This document shows positions 18,985 through 28,421 of a stretch of 64,000 bases of DNA, piece after piece. The notes under the pieces are model-generated. The model was not told where the DNA came from, ran no database searches, and worked only from the letters and a program-made list of their open reading frames with translations. The DNA is from Spirochaetia bacterium (GTDB lineage Bacteria; Spirochaetota; Spirochaetia; CADAEX01), in assembly GCA_963662795.1 (NCBI GenBank), contig OY759746.1, positions 1,536,001-1,600,000 on the forward strand. Reading direction: 5' to 3'. The position numbers and the translations under genes were made by a program. Within the stretch, counting starts at the first letter, position 1; the number at the start of each line of letters is the position of its first letter.

Positions 18985-19800
18985 ATGTTAAAAAAAATTG
19001 TTTTTTGGATGGTAACTATCTCGGTTTTATTGATTGTTGTTTCTCCGCTTGTGTGGGTGTATCTGACATCAATAAAAGCCCCGGATGATATTTTTACAAC
19101 TGAATTAAAAAAACTGGTTGTCTTTAAACCTACCCTTGATAATTATTTTAGGCTTTTTAATGATTATCCATTCTGGAATAATCTAATTAATACAGCAATA
19201 GTAAGTATTGTCAGTACAATTATAGTAATGTTTGTTGCATTGCTTTCCGCGTACAGTTTTGTAAGATGGAATACCGGCGGAGGGCATCTCCTGTTTACCA
19301 CTATTTCGACAAGAATGTTTCCGGGAGTTGTGGCCGCGATACCATTTTTCGTCGCATTCCGGTCTCTTGGAATGATTGACACACATCTGGCGCTTATTCT
19401 TCTTTATGTTTATTTCAATACTTCATTCGCTACATTTCTATTATACGGATTTTTCAGGGAAGTTCCGGTTGAACTTGAGCAGGCCGCGATGATTGACGGA
19501 TACAGCAGGCTGGAAATATTCAGAAAAATTGTTTTCCCCCTGATACTGCCGGGCCTTGCCGTTACTACGGTATTCTGCCTTATCTGGTCATGGAATGAAT
19601 TCTTTTATGCATTTTTGTTTACACGGGTTGCGGCTAAAACCGCAACAGTGCTTATATCCTCTTTCTGGGGATCAATAGAAGTTCAGTACGGACCAATGGC
19701 AGCGGGTGCGGCATTTACAATTCTGCCGACACTTATCGCGGCACTTGCAATGCAGAGATATATTATCAGAGGCCTTACTTTCGGTGCAGTAAAAGGCTGA
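18985..19800 (+). CDS. Sugar ABC permease
   Basis: ELEQAAMIDG, SWNEF and GLTFGAVKG. Confidence 0.95.
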   Translation: MLKKIVFWMVTISVLLIVVSPLVWVYLTSIKAPDDIFTTELKKLVVFKPTLDNYFRLFNDYPFWNNLINTAIVSIVSTIIVMFVALLSAYSFVRWNTGGGHLLFTTISTRMFPGVVAAIPFFVAFRSLGMIDTHLALILLYVYFNTSFATFLLYGFFREVPVELEQAAMIDGYSRLEIFRKIVFPLILPGLAVTTVFCLIWSWNEFFYAFLFTRVAAKTATVLISSFWGSIEVQYGPMAAGAAFTILPTLIAALAMQRYIIRGLTFGAVKG

Positions 19801-19834
19801 TATCCTAAAAATTATAGAGGAAAGGTGATTATAT

Positions 19835-20029
19835 ATGTTACCAAGAATGACAACAGGCAACTGGATATTCTGGGCGATTATTATCTGGATCGGAGTAAAT
19901 TTTTTCTGGCTCGCGATTTTTGAAAGATTTATAACTCAATGGGTTGGTTTTGCTCTTGCAACAACTGCGGCGGTACTGGTATTAAAGTATGGCCCCAGGC
20001 CGGAAGAATCTGACGAGGGGGATGAATAA
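19835..20029 (+). CDS. Small integral membrane protein (DUF2160-like) of the ABC operon
   Basis: 64 aa with 2 TM; tightly packed between permease and ATPase; upstream purine-rich RBS. Confidence 0.7.
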   Translation: MLPRMTTGNWIFWAIIIWIGVNFFWLAIFERFITQWVGFALATTAAVLVLKYGPRPEESDEGDE

Positions 20030-20031
20030 CC

Positions 20032-21156
20032 GTGGCAGAAGTAAGAATTGAAAATGTGTCAAAATTATATGGCCGAAAAAAGGCTGTTAAAAATGTTTCC
20101 TTTACATGCAAAGAAGGCGGTTTTCTTTCTATAGTAGGGCCAACCGGCGCAGGCAAGAGCACTTTACTTAAAATGGTTGCCGGAATTGAAAGCGTCAGTG
20201 AAGGGAAAATCTATTTCAATGATACGGTTGTAAATGATTTACCCCCGCAGGAACGAAATGTCTCAATGGCGTTTGAGACATATAATCTTTATCCTCATAT
20301 AAAGGTTTATGACAATATAGCTTTTCCCTTAAGGGCAAAAAGATGGAACCTGAATCTTTCAAGGGAAGAGGAACGGGCCAGGGTTTTGGAAATCGCGACA
20401 TTTCTCGGTATTGATGAGTATCTTGAAAGACTTCCCCAGAATCTCAGCGGCGGACAGAAGCAGAGAGTGTCTCTCGCGAGGGCTCTTGTCAGAAAGCCTG
20501 AAGTTTATCTTCTTGATGAGCCTATTGCTCATCTTGACGCGCGTCTCAAATTTTCCACACAGACACTTCTCAAGGAGTTCGCTCAGGAATACAAGAGTAC
20601 GATAATCTATGTTACCCATGATTACAGGGAAGCTCTTGCTTTATCAGACACCCTGATTGTTTTACGAAATGGCGAAGTTGTTCAGAACGGTTCACCGGAA
20701 GACGTATATAATTATCCTGAAACTCCTTTTGTAGGCAGAACATTGGGCGAACCTCCAATGAATATTATCCGCGGAGACAGCGTCAGGACAGGTGAAAAGA
20801 TCAGATTCAAGGCAGGCAATGATTTCTCTTTTATATGCAATGATTTGCTTGCGGAAAAAGCATCTGCCCTCATGAAAGGGAACAGCGACAAAACCACTCT
20901 GCTGGCCGGGATAAGAAGTGAATATATAAGTCTTGGAAGAGATAAAATGTCAGAGCATTCCTTTCCTCTGCCGGTATATGCCATAACTCACGAGTCTGAA
21001 AGTTCCATTGTAACGTTCAAGCTTGAAGACGGCACTTTTTTGTATGTGCGGACTGGAAGTGAACAGGACAGTAATTATGAAATAACAGAGGTTGTCTGGC
21101 TTGATTTTGATCAGGAGAAAACTTTTTTTTATACCGAGCAAAGTATAGATAATTAA
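20032..21156 (+). CDS. Sugar ABC ATP-binding protein
   Basis: GPTGAGKS, LSGGQKQR and LLDEP. Confidence 0.96.
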   Translation: MAEVRIENVSKLYGRKKAVKNVSFTCKEGGFLSIVGPTGAGKSTLLKMVAGIESVSEGKIYFNDTVVNDLPPQERNVSMAFETYNLYPHIKVYDNIAFPLRAKRWNLNLSREEERARVLEIATFLGIDEYLERLPQNLSGGQKQRVSLARALVRKPEVYLLDEPIAHLDARLKFSTQTLLKEFAQEYKSTIIYVTHDYREALALSDTLIVLRNGEVVQNGSPEDVYNYPETPFVGRTLGEPPMNIIRGDSVRTGEKIRFKAGNDFSFICNDLLAEKASALMKGNSDKTTLLAGIRSEYISLGRDKMSEHSFPLPVYAITHESESSIVTFKLEDGTFLYVRTGSEQDSNYEITEVVWLDFDQEKTFFYTEQSIDN

Positions 21157-21175
21157 AATAGAGAGGTTCCGGAAT

Positions 21176-22297
21176 ATGAGCAGAATTGATGTTAATCATG
21201 TGTGGAAAATATATGACGGTAATGTAACAGGCGTTAAGGATATTACATTTACCTGTGAAGATAAAGAATTTCTCGCGATCCTCGGCCCCTCCGGCGGCGG
21301 TAAAAGTTCAACTTTGAGAATGCTTGCGGGACTTGAAGAAATTTCCAGAGGTGAAATTTCTTTTGACGGTAAAATTGTCAACAAAATGGAACCAGCTGAG
21401 AGAAATATTGCGCTTGCCTTTGAGTCATATGCCCTTTATCAGCGGTTAAATGTATTTGAAAATATTGCTTTTCCGTTGCGCGCTAAAAAAATGAGCAATA
21501 ACGATATAAATAAAAAAGTAAACGAGATTGCAGAGCTTATGAATCTGGGAGCAATACTTCACAAGATGCCCGGCGGGCTTGCAGGCGGACAGCAGCAGAG
21601 GGTATCCCTTGCCAGGGCTTTTGTGAGGAATCCGAACCTTACTCTGCTCGATGAGCCGATATCGCACATGGATCAGCGCGTCAGGATGGAGCTTCGGGCC
21701 AGAATAAGAAGGCTCCACAATGAATTGGGGCTAACGACGATATATGTTACCCATGACCAGTCTGAAGCAACTTCCCTTTGCGACAGGCTGCTTGTAATAA
21801 ACAGGGCAGAACTGCAGCAGATCGGCACGGTAAATGAAATATGGAATAAACCGGCAAATAAATTTATTGCCGCTTTTGTCGGCGAACCGAGCATGAATTT
21901 TATTGATGCGGTGATTGAAGATTCAAAAAGCGTTTCGGTTTTTCAGGGTGATAAAAAAATTATTTTCCCGTTTTCGGGAGAGCTTGAAAATATTCCGGCC
22001 TCATCGCCTGTAACAATGGGATACAGGCCCCAGGAAGTTAAAATTGAGAGAAAAACAAGTAAAGAGCAATCTGAAATAAATGGAATTGTCAAAGTTGTGG
22101 AGTTCCAGGGACATTTAACAATACTTACAATAGAATTAGAAGATAACAACAGAACGGAAATGAAAGCCGTCGTTGAAGCGCATGAAAAATATAAAGTGAA
22201 TGAGAAAATCAGCGTAATTGTAAATCCGGAAATTATTCATCTTTTCAAAGGAGAAGAACCGGTTCTTGTCCGCAAGGGATTCAAGGAAAAAAAGTAA
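21176..22297 (+). CDS. Sugar ABC ATP-binding protein
   Basis: GPSGGGKS, LAGGQQQR and LLDEP. Confidence 0.96.
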   Translation: MSRIDVNHVWKIYDGNVTGVKDITFTCEDKEFLAILGPSGGGKSSTLRMLAGLEEISRGEISFDGKIVNKMEPAERNIALAFESYALYQRLNVFENIAFPLRAKKMSNNDINKKVNEIAELMNLGAILHKMPGGLAGGQQQRVSLARAFVRNPNLTLLDEPISHMDQRVRMELRARIRRLHNELGLTTIYVTHDQSEATSLCDRLLVINRAELQQIGTVNEIWNKPANKFIAAFVGEPSMNFIDAVIEDSKSVSVFQGDKKIIFPFSGELENIPASSPVTMGYRPQEVKIERKTSKEQSEINGIVKVVEFQGHLTILTIELEDNNRTEMKAVVEAHEKYKVNEKISVIVNPEIIHLFKGEEPVLVRKGFKEKK

Positions 22298-22330
22298 AAT
22301 ATTCTGCCCTGCCAGCGCAGGGTTTGAGGG

Positions 22331-23125
22331 GTGATTATGAACAGAATGCCTGATCGTTTTAGTCTTGAAGGTAAAAAAGCAGTTATCACCGGCGGAGCGA
22401 GAGGAATTGGCGCTGCAATCGCAGCAGGGCTTGCCGAAGCCGGCGCAGATATTGCAATTGCTGATATCGCACAGATGGATAGTGCGCAGCATGTACTGTC
22501 AGGCATTAAAAATACTTACGGATGCGATACCTGCTACCTCAGGACTGATGTCACAAAGGATAAGGAAATAGCGCTTTTTTTTGAGACTGTAGAAAAAAAG
22601 TGGGGATCTGTTGACATACTTGTTAACGCTGCGGGTATCTGCATTAATACCCCCGCGGAGACAACCAGCCGGGATGACTGGTATAAGCTTATTGACGTAA
22701 ACCTTAACGCCGTATTTTTCTGCTGCAGGGAAGCGGCTAAAATAATGATAAGGCAAAAAAGCGGCACAATAATCAATATCGGATCAATGTCTGGCGACGT
22801 TGTTAATTACCCCCAGCCGCAGGTATCATACAATGTGTCAAAGGCCGGTGTTCATATGATGACAAAATCACTGGCCGTAGAGTGGGCAAAGTATAATATT
22901 AGGGTTAATGCAATTGCTCCCGGATATATCGAAACAGAACTTACAAAGCCTTTCATGGAAAAACAGCCTGAAGATTATCACAAGTACTGGATTGGTGGTT
23001 CTGTTCTGAACCGGATTGGTCAACCGGAAGAACTTGTCGGCGCTGCAGTATATCTTGCGTCAGAAGCATCATCATATACAACAGGTGCGGTTATAACCAT
23101 TGATGGCGGATACTCATTGAGATAG
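22331..23125 (+). CDS. SDR polyol dehydrogenase (arabitol/galactitol 2-dehydrogenase-like)
   Basis: TGGARGIG; GSMSGDVVNYPQPQVSYNVSK (YxxxK) is characteristic of polyol SDRs. Confidence 0.88.
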   Translation: MIMNRMPDRFSLEGKKAVITGGARGIGAAIAAGLAEAGADIAIADIAQMDSAQHVLSGIKNTYGCDTCYLRTDVTKDKEIALFFETVEKKWGSVDILVNAAGICINTPAETTSRDDWYKLIDVNLNAVFFCCREAAKIMIRQKSGTIINIGSMSGDVVNYPQPQVSYNVSKAGVHMMTKSLAVEWAKYNIRVNAIAPGYIETELTKPFMEKQPEDYHKYWIGGSVLNRIGQPEELVGAAVYLASEASSYTTGAVITIDGGYSLR

Positions 23126-23313
23126 TCAATCTTGGAGCATCAGGCTTTACATTATTGAGTGGTTGATTATTTCAGAGGTAATCTCCCTGTAAATGGTTTC
23201 AGTCCCGAAGTAATTAAAATATAGGTTTCTCCTTTTTCATTACAGATATTTTTCTCAAATATCTGCTTTTTCTATTTTCCTGCTATTAAAATATATATCA
23301 AATTGTTATTTTA

Positions 23314-24192
23314 ATGGTTATGAAAATCACTGCCAAAGCGAATCGGTTGAGGGGATTGTTAATTTCATCAGCAGGAATAATTATTCTCAGTTTCGATACA
23401 GCTCTCATCAGGCTGGCATCTTCTCCTTCGTGGAAAACCGCATTCTGGAGAGGCACATTAATTGCCGTTATTACATCCTTACTACTTTTTTTCAGGGAAA
23501 AAACAACTGTAGCGGACAAAATCAGAAAAGAAGGGATGCCTCTGGTTTTTTCGGGTATCATGTGGGGATTATCCGGTGTTTTATTTGTAATTTCGGTTAA
23601 ACTTACAGTTGCTGCTAATGTTCTGGTAATGCTTAGTCTTTCTCCCCTCTTTGCAGGCATTCTCGGCTATTTTCTGCTTGGAGAAAGGCTCAAAAAAATA
23701 ACCTATTTTACAATGACAGTTTCCGCGGCAGGAGTTTATATAATATTTGCAGGTGATATTGAAGGTGGAAACATTGCCGGAAATATTCTGGGATTCCTTG
23801 TTCCTGTTTTCCTTGGCGGTAATCTTGTCTGGATGAGAAAACATAAAGAGATAAGCAGATCTGCCGCTGTAGTTATCGGAGGGCTTGTTACAGCAATTAT
23901 TGCTTTTTATTTTGCCTTCCCTTTTAATGTTTCGTTTGTTTCATTTATTTATCTTGCCTTACTTGGTCTTGTTGCAATTCCGATGGGACAGCTTCTTATC
24001 TCGACAGGAACAAGGTTTATCCCTGCCGCAGAGGTTGCCCTGATCGTAATGCTTGAATCAGTTATCGGCCCCTTCTGGGTCTGGGTGCTGATAGGTGAAA
24101 TTCCTCCGGTAAGGACTTTTTTAGGAGGAATGCTGATACTTTCCGGAGTTTTTTTAAATTCTGTTTTTTCTTTTAACAAAGTAAAAGAATGA
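23314..24192 (+). CDS. DMT/EamA family transporter
   Basis: About 10 TM, two EamA repeats, LESVIGPFWVW. Confidence 0.9.
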   Translation: MVMKITAKANRLRGLLISSAGIIILSFDTALIRLASSPSWKTAFWRGTLIAVITSLLLFFREKTTVADKIRKEGMPLVFSGIMWGLSGVLFVISVKLTVAANVLVMLSLSPLFAGILGYFLLGERLKKITYFTMTVSAAGVYIIFAGDIEGGNIAGNILGFLVPVFLGGNLVWMRKHKEISRSAAVVIGGLVTAIIAFYFAFPFNVSFVSFIYLALLGLVAIPMGQLLISTGTRFIPAAEVALIVMLESVIGPFWVWVLIGEIPPVRTFLGGMLILSGVFLNSVFSFNKVKE

Positions 24193-24470
24193 AAAAAATT
24201 ATCATTTGATGCATAAGTAATCCGCCGCTTGCATCAAGCGTTGCACCTGTAATGTATTCGGCTTTATTGGATGCCAAAAAAATTACGGCAGGGGCAACTT
24301 CTCCAGGTTCTGCAATACGGTCGATAGGAATTCTTTTAATATATGATGATTCGTTTTCTGACAATGTTTTTTCTGTCATTGATGTTCTTATCATACCAGG
24401 AGATACTGCGTTTACAGTTATCCCTGATTCAGGCAGCTCTCTTGCAAGAGATTTTGTCATCATGTGAACA
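24173..24470 (-). pseudogene. SDR oxidoreductase C-terminal remnant
   Basis: VHMMTKSLARE..ITVNAVSPGMI.T..RIAEPGEVA..FLAS..YITGATLDASGG; Rossmann N-terminus and YxxxK are absent. Confidence 0.85.
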
Positions 24471-24477
24471 CTGGCTG

Positions 24478-24606
24478 TTGAGAGTTATAACCTTTACCCG
24501 CATATCAAGGTTTCTGGCAACATCGCCTTTCCCCTCATGGCAAAAAGGTGGAATTTAAATCTTTCCCGGGGAAGAGGAAAGAGATAAAGTTGTTGAGATT
24601 GCAGCT
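24478..24606 (+). pseudogene. Internal fragment of an ABC ATPase paralogous to 20032-21156
   Basis: ESYNLYPHIKVSGNIAFPLMAKRWNLNLS/EEERDKVVEIA versus ETYNLYPHIKVYDNIAFPLRAKRWNLNLSREEERARVLEIA at 20275-20400; 1-bp frameshift. Confidence 0.88.
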
Positions 24607-24695
24607 TGCAGGTGAAAAAGATTAATTGATTTCCAATAACATTTTTAATGAAAAAGATATTATAAAGTGTTTTTAACTTTTTCTGCAAAGCTCTT

Positions 24696-26150
24696 TCACT
24701 TTATTACTGATTTTATGGCAACTTCAAACGCTTCATTAATCATAGCTAAAGGCGGTTCTTTAATAAACCCTTCTTTGATCAAAGAATCTATCACTGAACG
24801 CGAATACTGAATGTCCAACTGGGCTTTCTGAAAAACCTCTTCCCTTGTTAAGCTAACTCTGGCCAGGCCTTCTTTTATAGCCTGCATAGCAACATCTGCC
24901 GCCTCATAAGGAAAAACTCCAGGTTCTTCCATTGTTGCAATAATATTATCCGGGCTTATCCCCCTGTTTTCGGCAAACCTGGCTAGAGATCTTGCTGCAG
25001 CTATCGCCATTCCGTCAGATATTTTTTTGGCCCTTACTAACAAGGTCCCTTTGAGGATTCCAGGAAAACCTACTGAATTGTTCACCTGATTAGGAAAATC
25101 ACCTCGGCCGGTAGCAACTATAAAAGCTCCAGCTTTTTTGGCTGCATATGGATAGATTTCAGGAACAGGGTTCGCGCAGACAAAAACAATAGACTTTGGT
25201 GCCATTCGGCGGATATCTTCCTGTTTGACTGTGTCAGGTCCTGGTTGAGAAAGGGCGATCAAAACATCTGCACCAGTCATCGCTTCACTAAAAGTAGATA
25301 TCTCTTTGGGATTAGTGACCAAACACAATTCCCATTTCCGATAAAAACGTTTGTCTGCTTCTATATCTTTGCGCTCTTTATGCAAAGAACCTTTAGTATC
25401 AAAGATTACAATATTTTCGGGTTTTACTCCCGCTGTAATCACGATACGTGCAATAGTAGCATTTGCAGCGCCAGCTCCTAAAAAAACAATTTTTATATCT
25501 TCAAATTTTTTACCCGCTAATTTAACTGCATTGATTAAACCTGCAAGAGTAACACAGGCTGTGCCTTGAGCATCATCATGCCACACAGGGATATCACATT
25601 CTTCACGAAGTGTGTCCAGCACTTTATAACAGTTTGGCTGAGAAATATCTTCAAGATTGATAGCACCAAAAGATGGCTGAGCCATTTTGACAAAATCAAT
25701 AATTTTATCAGGGTCATTTCTGCCGTTATTGCCCCTGCTATCCATACATAGGGCAGTAGCATCAATTCCTCCCAGATATTTCATTAAAAAAGCTTTGCCT
25801 TCCATCACACCAAGACCTCCAAGAGAGGTACAATCTCCATCTCCCAGTACCCTTGTAGAATCGCTGACTACAGCGACATAATTCCCCTTATCAGACAAAT
25901 CATAGGCTGCTTCATTATTATCCCGGATCGTTGTAGAAATTTTTGATACACCGGGTGTATACCAGACGTTAAACCAGTTAAACCCGAAAACACCAGCTTT
26001 AGGGACAGTCTGCATCTTCCCTCCGTAAAAACGGTGTGCTTTTTCCGACAATTCTTTTAAAAACAGTGTTTTGGCTTTAGCAGTCTGGGCCGGGTTTAAG
26101 CCTCTCTTTTCTATCTCATCGTTGATATTTGATAAATCCAGTTTGATCAT
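24696..26150 (-). CDS. NAD(P)-dependent malic enzyme
   Basis: YTPGV, VMEGKA, INLEDI, HDDAQGTA, GAGAA, ANPVPEI and ATGRGDFPNQVNN; start MIKLD at 26150. Confidence 0.93.
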   Translation of the reverse strand: MIKLDLSNINDEIEKRGLNPAQTAKAKTLFLKELSEKAHRFYGGKMQTVPKAGVFGFNWFNVWYTPGVSKISTTIRDNNEAAYDLSDKGNYVAVVSDSTRVLGDGDCTSLGGLGVMEGKAFLMKYLGGIDATALCMDSRGNNGRNDPDKIIDFVKMAQPSFGAINLEDISQPNCYKVLDTLREECDIPVWHDDAQGTACVTLAGLINAVKLAGKKFEDIKIVFLGAGAANATIARIVITAGVKPENIVIFDTKGSLHKERKDIEADKRFYRKWELCLVTNPKEISTFSEAMTGADVLIALSQPGPDTVKQEDIRRMAPKSIVFVCANPVPEIYPYAAKKAGAFIVATGRGDFPNQVNNSVGFPGILKGTLLVRAKKISDGMAIAAARSLARFAENRGISPDNIIATMEEPGVFPYEAADVAMQAIKEGLARVSLTREEVFQKAQLDIQYSRSVIDSLIKEGFIKEPPLAMINEAFEVAIKSVIK

Positions 26151-26172
26151 TTTTTTCTCCTTGTTTATTATC

Positions 26173-27423
26173 TTAAGCAGGCATGCCCGGTAAGGTAGAT
26201 CCACCGTACGGCATGATATGAACTCTTGCAAGAGGGCCTTGTTCTTTAATAGCTGTTTCCAGAGCTGTCTGTGGATCAACAAAGGGTATCATAAAAATAT
26301 TCCGTACAAAATCGGGATCCATTCTTGATACCAGGTAAATAGAACTTATTTTCAGAATCAGGGCAATTGCTGCAGCTTTATGCCCACCAAGGATAAAGTT
26401 ACGCTGTATTTCTTCGATCATTTCTTCAGAGTGATTATATTTTATCATCCATTCTTCAAAGGATTCACCACCAAGCCCTTCAGTGCAGGCTGCAATAAGA
26501 ATAATGATACCACCTTCTTTCACTGCATATTTGGCATTATCAAGAGCTTTCTGTGCCTGATAAAGATTGATATCTTTGGGGAATCCTCCAGGACATACCA
26601 CAACAATGTCTGCTTTTTCTTTAAGGGTATACATATAGATACTATCAAGGAAAAGACAGCCCTGCCGGTGGGAAGCCATTGGTTCGCCGGCAAAAACTCC
26701 AATTATATTTTTATTTTCATCCAGAACTACATTAAAAAGAAAATCGATTTTCACAAACTTTGCAACTTCTTCAATGTCGTCCCTAACAGGATTTCCGGTC
26801 AGTGTCCCTGCTTGTGCACCGGGTTTTACCATTAGACTATGGTTTTTCTGTATAGCGGTGAATGTTGACACACCAGGCATAATAGCCTTATACCCGCCAC
26901 TGTAACCTGCAAAATAATGGTATTCAATATTGCCCAAAGCAATAATCCGGTCTGCTTCTGTTACAGGCCTGAAAATATCTACAGGCGTTCCATTGGATGT
27001 TATCCCTAATGATGCTACATTTTCGGGATCACTATCGATACAGTTTATACGGTTAAAGGCTTCGGCCCCTGCCAGCCTTATTTGTTCTTCATGGGTATGT
27101 TTGCGATGGCTACCCAACCCGAATACTAAAGTAATATCTTTATCAGAAACCCCAGCCTTGTTTAATCTTTCAAGAATAGCAGGCAGTACTTTATAAGTAG
27201 GCATGGGCCTGGTAATATCACTTGAAATGATTACTATCTTCTCCCCCTGTTTGACTGCTTCCTCAATTCTGTATGAGTGTATGGGGTTATCCAGGGCATT
27301 GGCTATAATATCTTTTTCATTAAGTCTATTTTCAAACTTACCTGACCGTATAATTTCCCCCATATTCTGTTCAGGAACATTTAGCGGCAAATAACTTTTT
27401 TCAAAACCTAAATTGATTTCCAT
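26173..27423 (-). CDS. larA: LarA-family nickel-pincer racemase/epimerase
   Basis: SDITRP, GLGSHR, HYFAGYSGGYK and DINLYQAQKA. Confidence 0.92.
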   Translation of the reverse strand: MEINLGFEKSYLPLNVPEQNMGEIIRSGKFENRLNEKDIIANALDNPIHSYRIEEAVKQGEKIVIISSDITRPMPTYKVLPAILERLNKAGVSDKDITLVFGLGSHRKHTHEEQIRLAGAEAFNRINCIDSDPENVASLGITSNGTPVDIFRPVTEADRIIALGNIEYHYFAGYSGGYKAIMPGVSTFTAIQKNHSLMVKPGAQAGTLTGNPVRDDIEEVAKFVKIDFLFNVVLDENKNIIGVFAGEPMASHRQGCLFLDSIYMYTLKEKADIVVVCPGGFPKDINLYQAQKALDNAKYAVKEGGIIILIAACTEGLGGESFEEWMIKYNHSEEMIEEIQRNFILGGHKAAAIALILKISSIYLVSRMDPDFVRNIFMIPFVDPQTALETAIKEQGPLARVHIMPYGGSTLPGMPA

Positions 27424-27551
27424 TATACTCCCTTTTGGTCTTTGATTGCATATTATGTATTATTAGTAATTCAGAATCAAATTGGTATTTTCCAACCCTA
27501 TTTTTTAAACATGAAGATGCTGGTAAATTATTTCTCTATAGATAGCTGTAA

Positions 27552-28421
27552 TCATAACAATTTAGCAATAATTTCAACCATATCTTCAGTCCCTTCAGCT
27601 ATATGTACACCTGCGGCTTTAAGTTCTGTTTCTTTTTTTTCCGCAGAACCTTCCCCGTCAGGCGAAACTATAGCACCAGCATGTCCCATACTTGTATCTT
27701 TAGGTGCATTTTTACCGGCAATCATTGCTACAACCGGCTTTGTGACATTTTCTTTAATATATAATGCCGCAAGTTCCTCTTCATTTCCACCTATTTCACC
27801 AATTATAACAATAATCCTGGTCTCAGGATCTTTTTCAAAATAGGGCAGAAGATCAGTAAATGTTGATCCAGGTATCATGTCTCCGCCCACTCCTATTACA
27901 GTCGATTGCCCTATTCCACGTTTTTTCAGAAGAAAAGCAGATTCGTAACAATTAGTGGCACTGCGGGACATTATTCCAACATGTCCTGGTAAAAATATAC
28001 TGTGAGCCATAAATCCCGCTTTGGATTTTCCGGGAGAAATTATGCCAAATGAATTCGGACCTATCAGATGGCACCTTTTATCTTTTGCCAGGTGATGGAG
28101 TTTCAGCATTTCGTGTACAGGTACCCCGTCTGCTATTGTTATTACAAGAGGAATTCCTGACATAATTGCTTCGTAAGCTGCCCCATACATAAATCTGGGA
28201 GGTACAAATAAAACTGTAGCATTAGCCCCGGTCATTTCCATAGCCTGCTTAATTGTATTAAAAACAGGAACTCCCAGAATTTTTGTTCCGCCTTTCCCGG
28301 GAGTAACTCCGGCCACAATTTTAGTTCCATATTCAAGCATTTGTTCTGTATGAAAGCTTCCTTCACGGCCGGTAATCCCCTGGATAATCAGGCGGGTATT
28401 TTCATCAATAAAAATACTCAT
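27552..28421 (-). CDS. sucD: Succinyl-CoA synthetase alpha subunit
   Basis: QGITG, GVTPGKGG, IGPN, GEIGG and MGHAGA (phospho-His). Confidence 0.93.
   Translation of the reverse strand: MSIFIDENTRLIIQGITGREGSFHTEQMLEYGTKIVAGVTPGKGGTKILGVPVFNTIKQAMEMTGANATVLFVPPRFMYGAAYEAIMSGIPLVITIADGVPVHEMLKLHHLAKDKRCHLIGPNSFGIISPGKSKAGFMAHSIFLPGHVGIMSRSATNCYESAFLLKKRGIGQSTVIGVGGDMIPGSTFTDLLPYFEKDPETRIIVIIGEIGGNEEELAALYIKENVTKPVVAMIAGKNAPKDTSMGHAGAIVSPDGEGSAEKKETELKAAGVHIAEGTEDMVEIIAKLL

Noticed and set aside
23126-23300. Possible gene remnant on the minus strand
   Set aside because: Short interrupted frames with no recognisable family
24494-24688. 64-aa minus-strand ORF
   Set aside because: Largely the antisense of the ABC ATPase relic
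26151-26282. N-terminal extension of malic enzyme overlapping larA
   Set aside because: The RBS-supported ATG is at 26150; the extension is just an open frame
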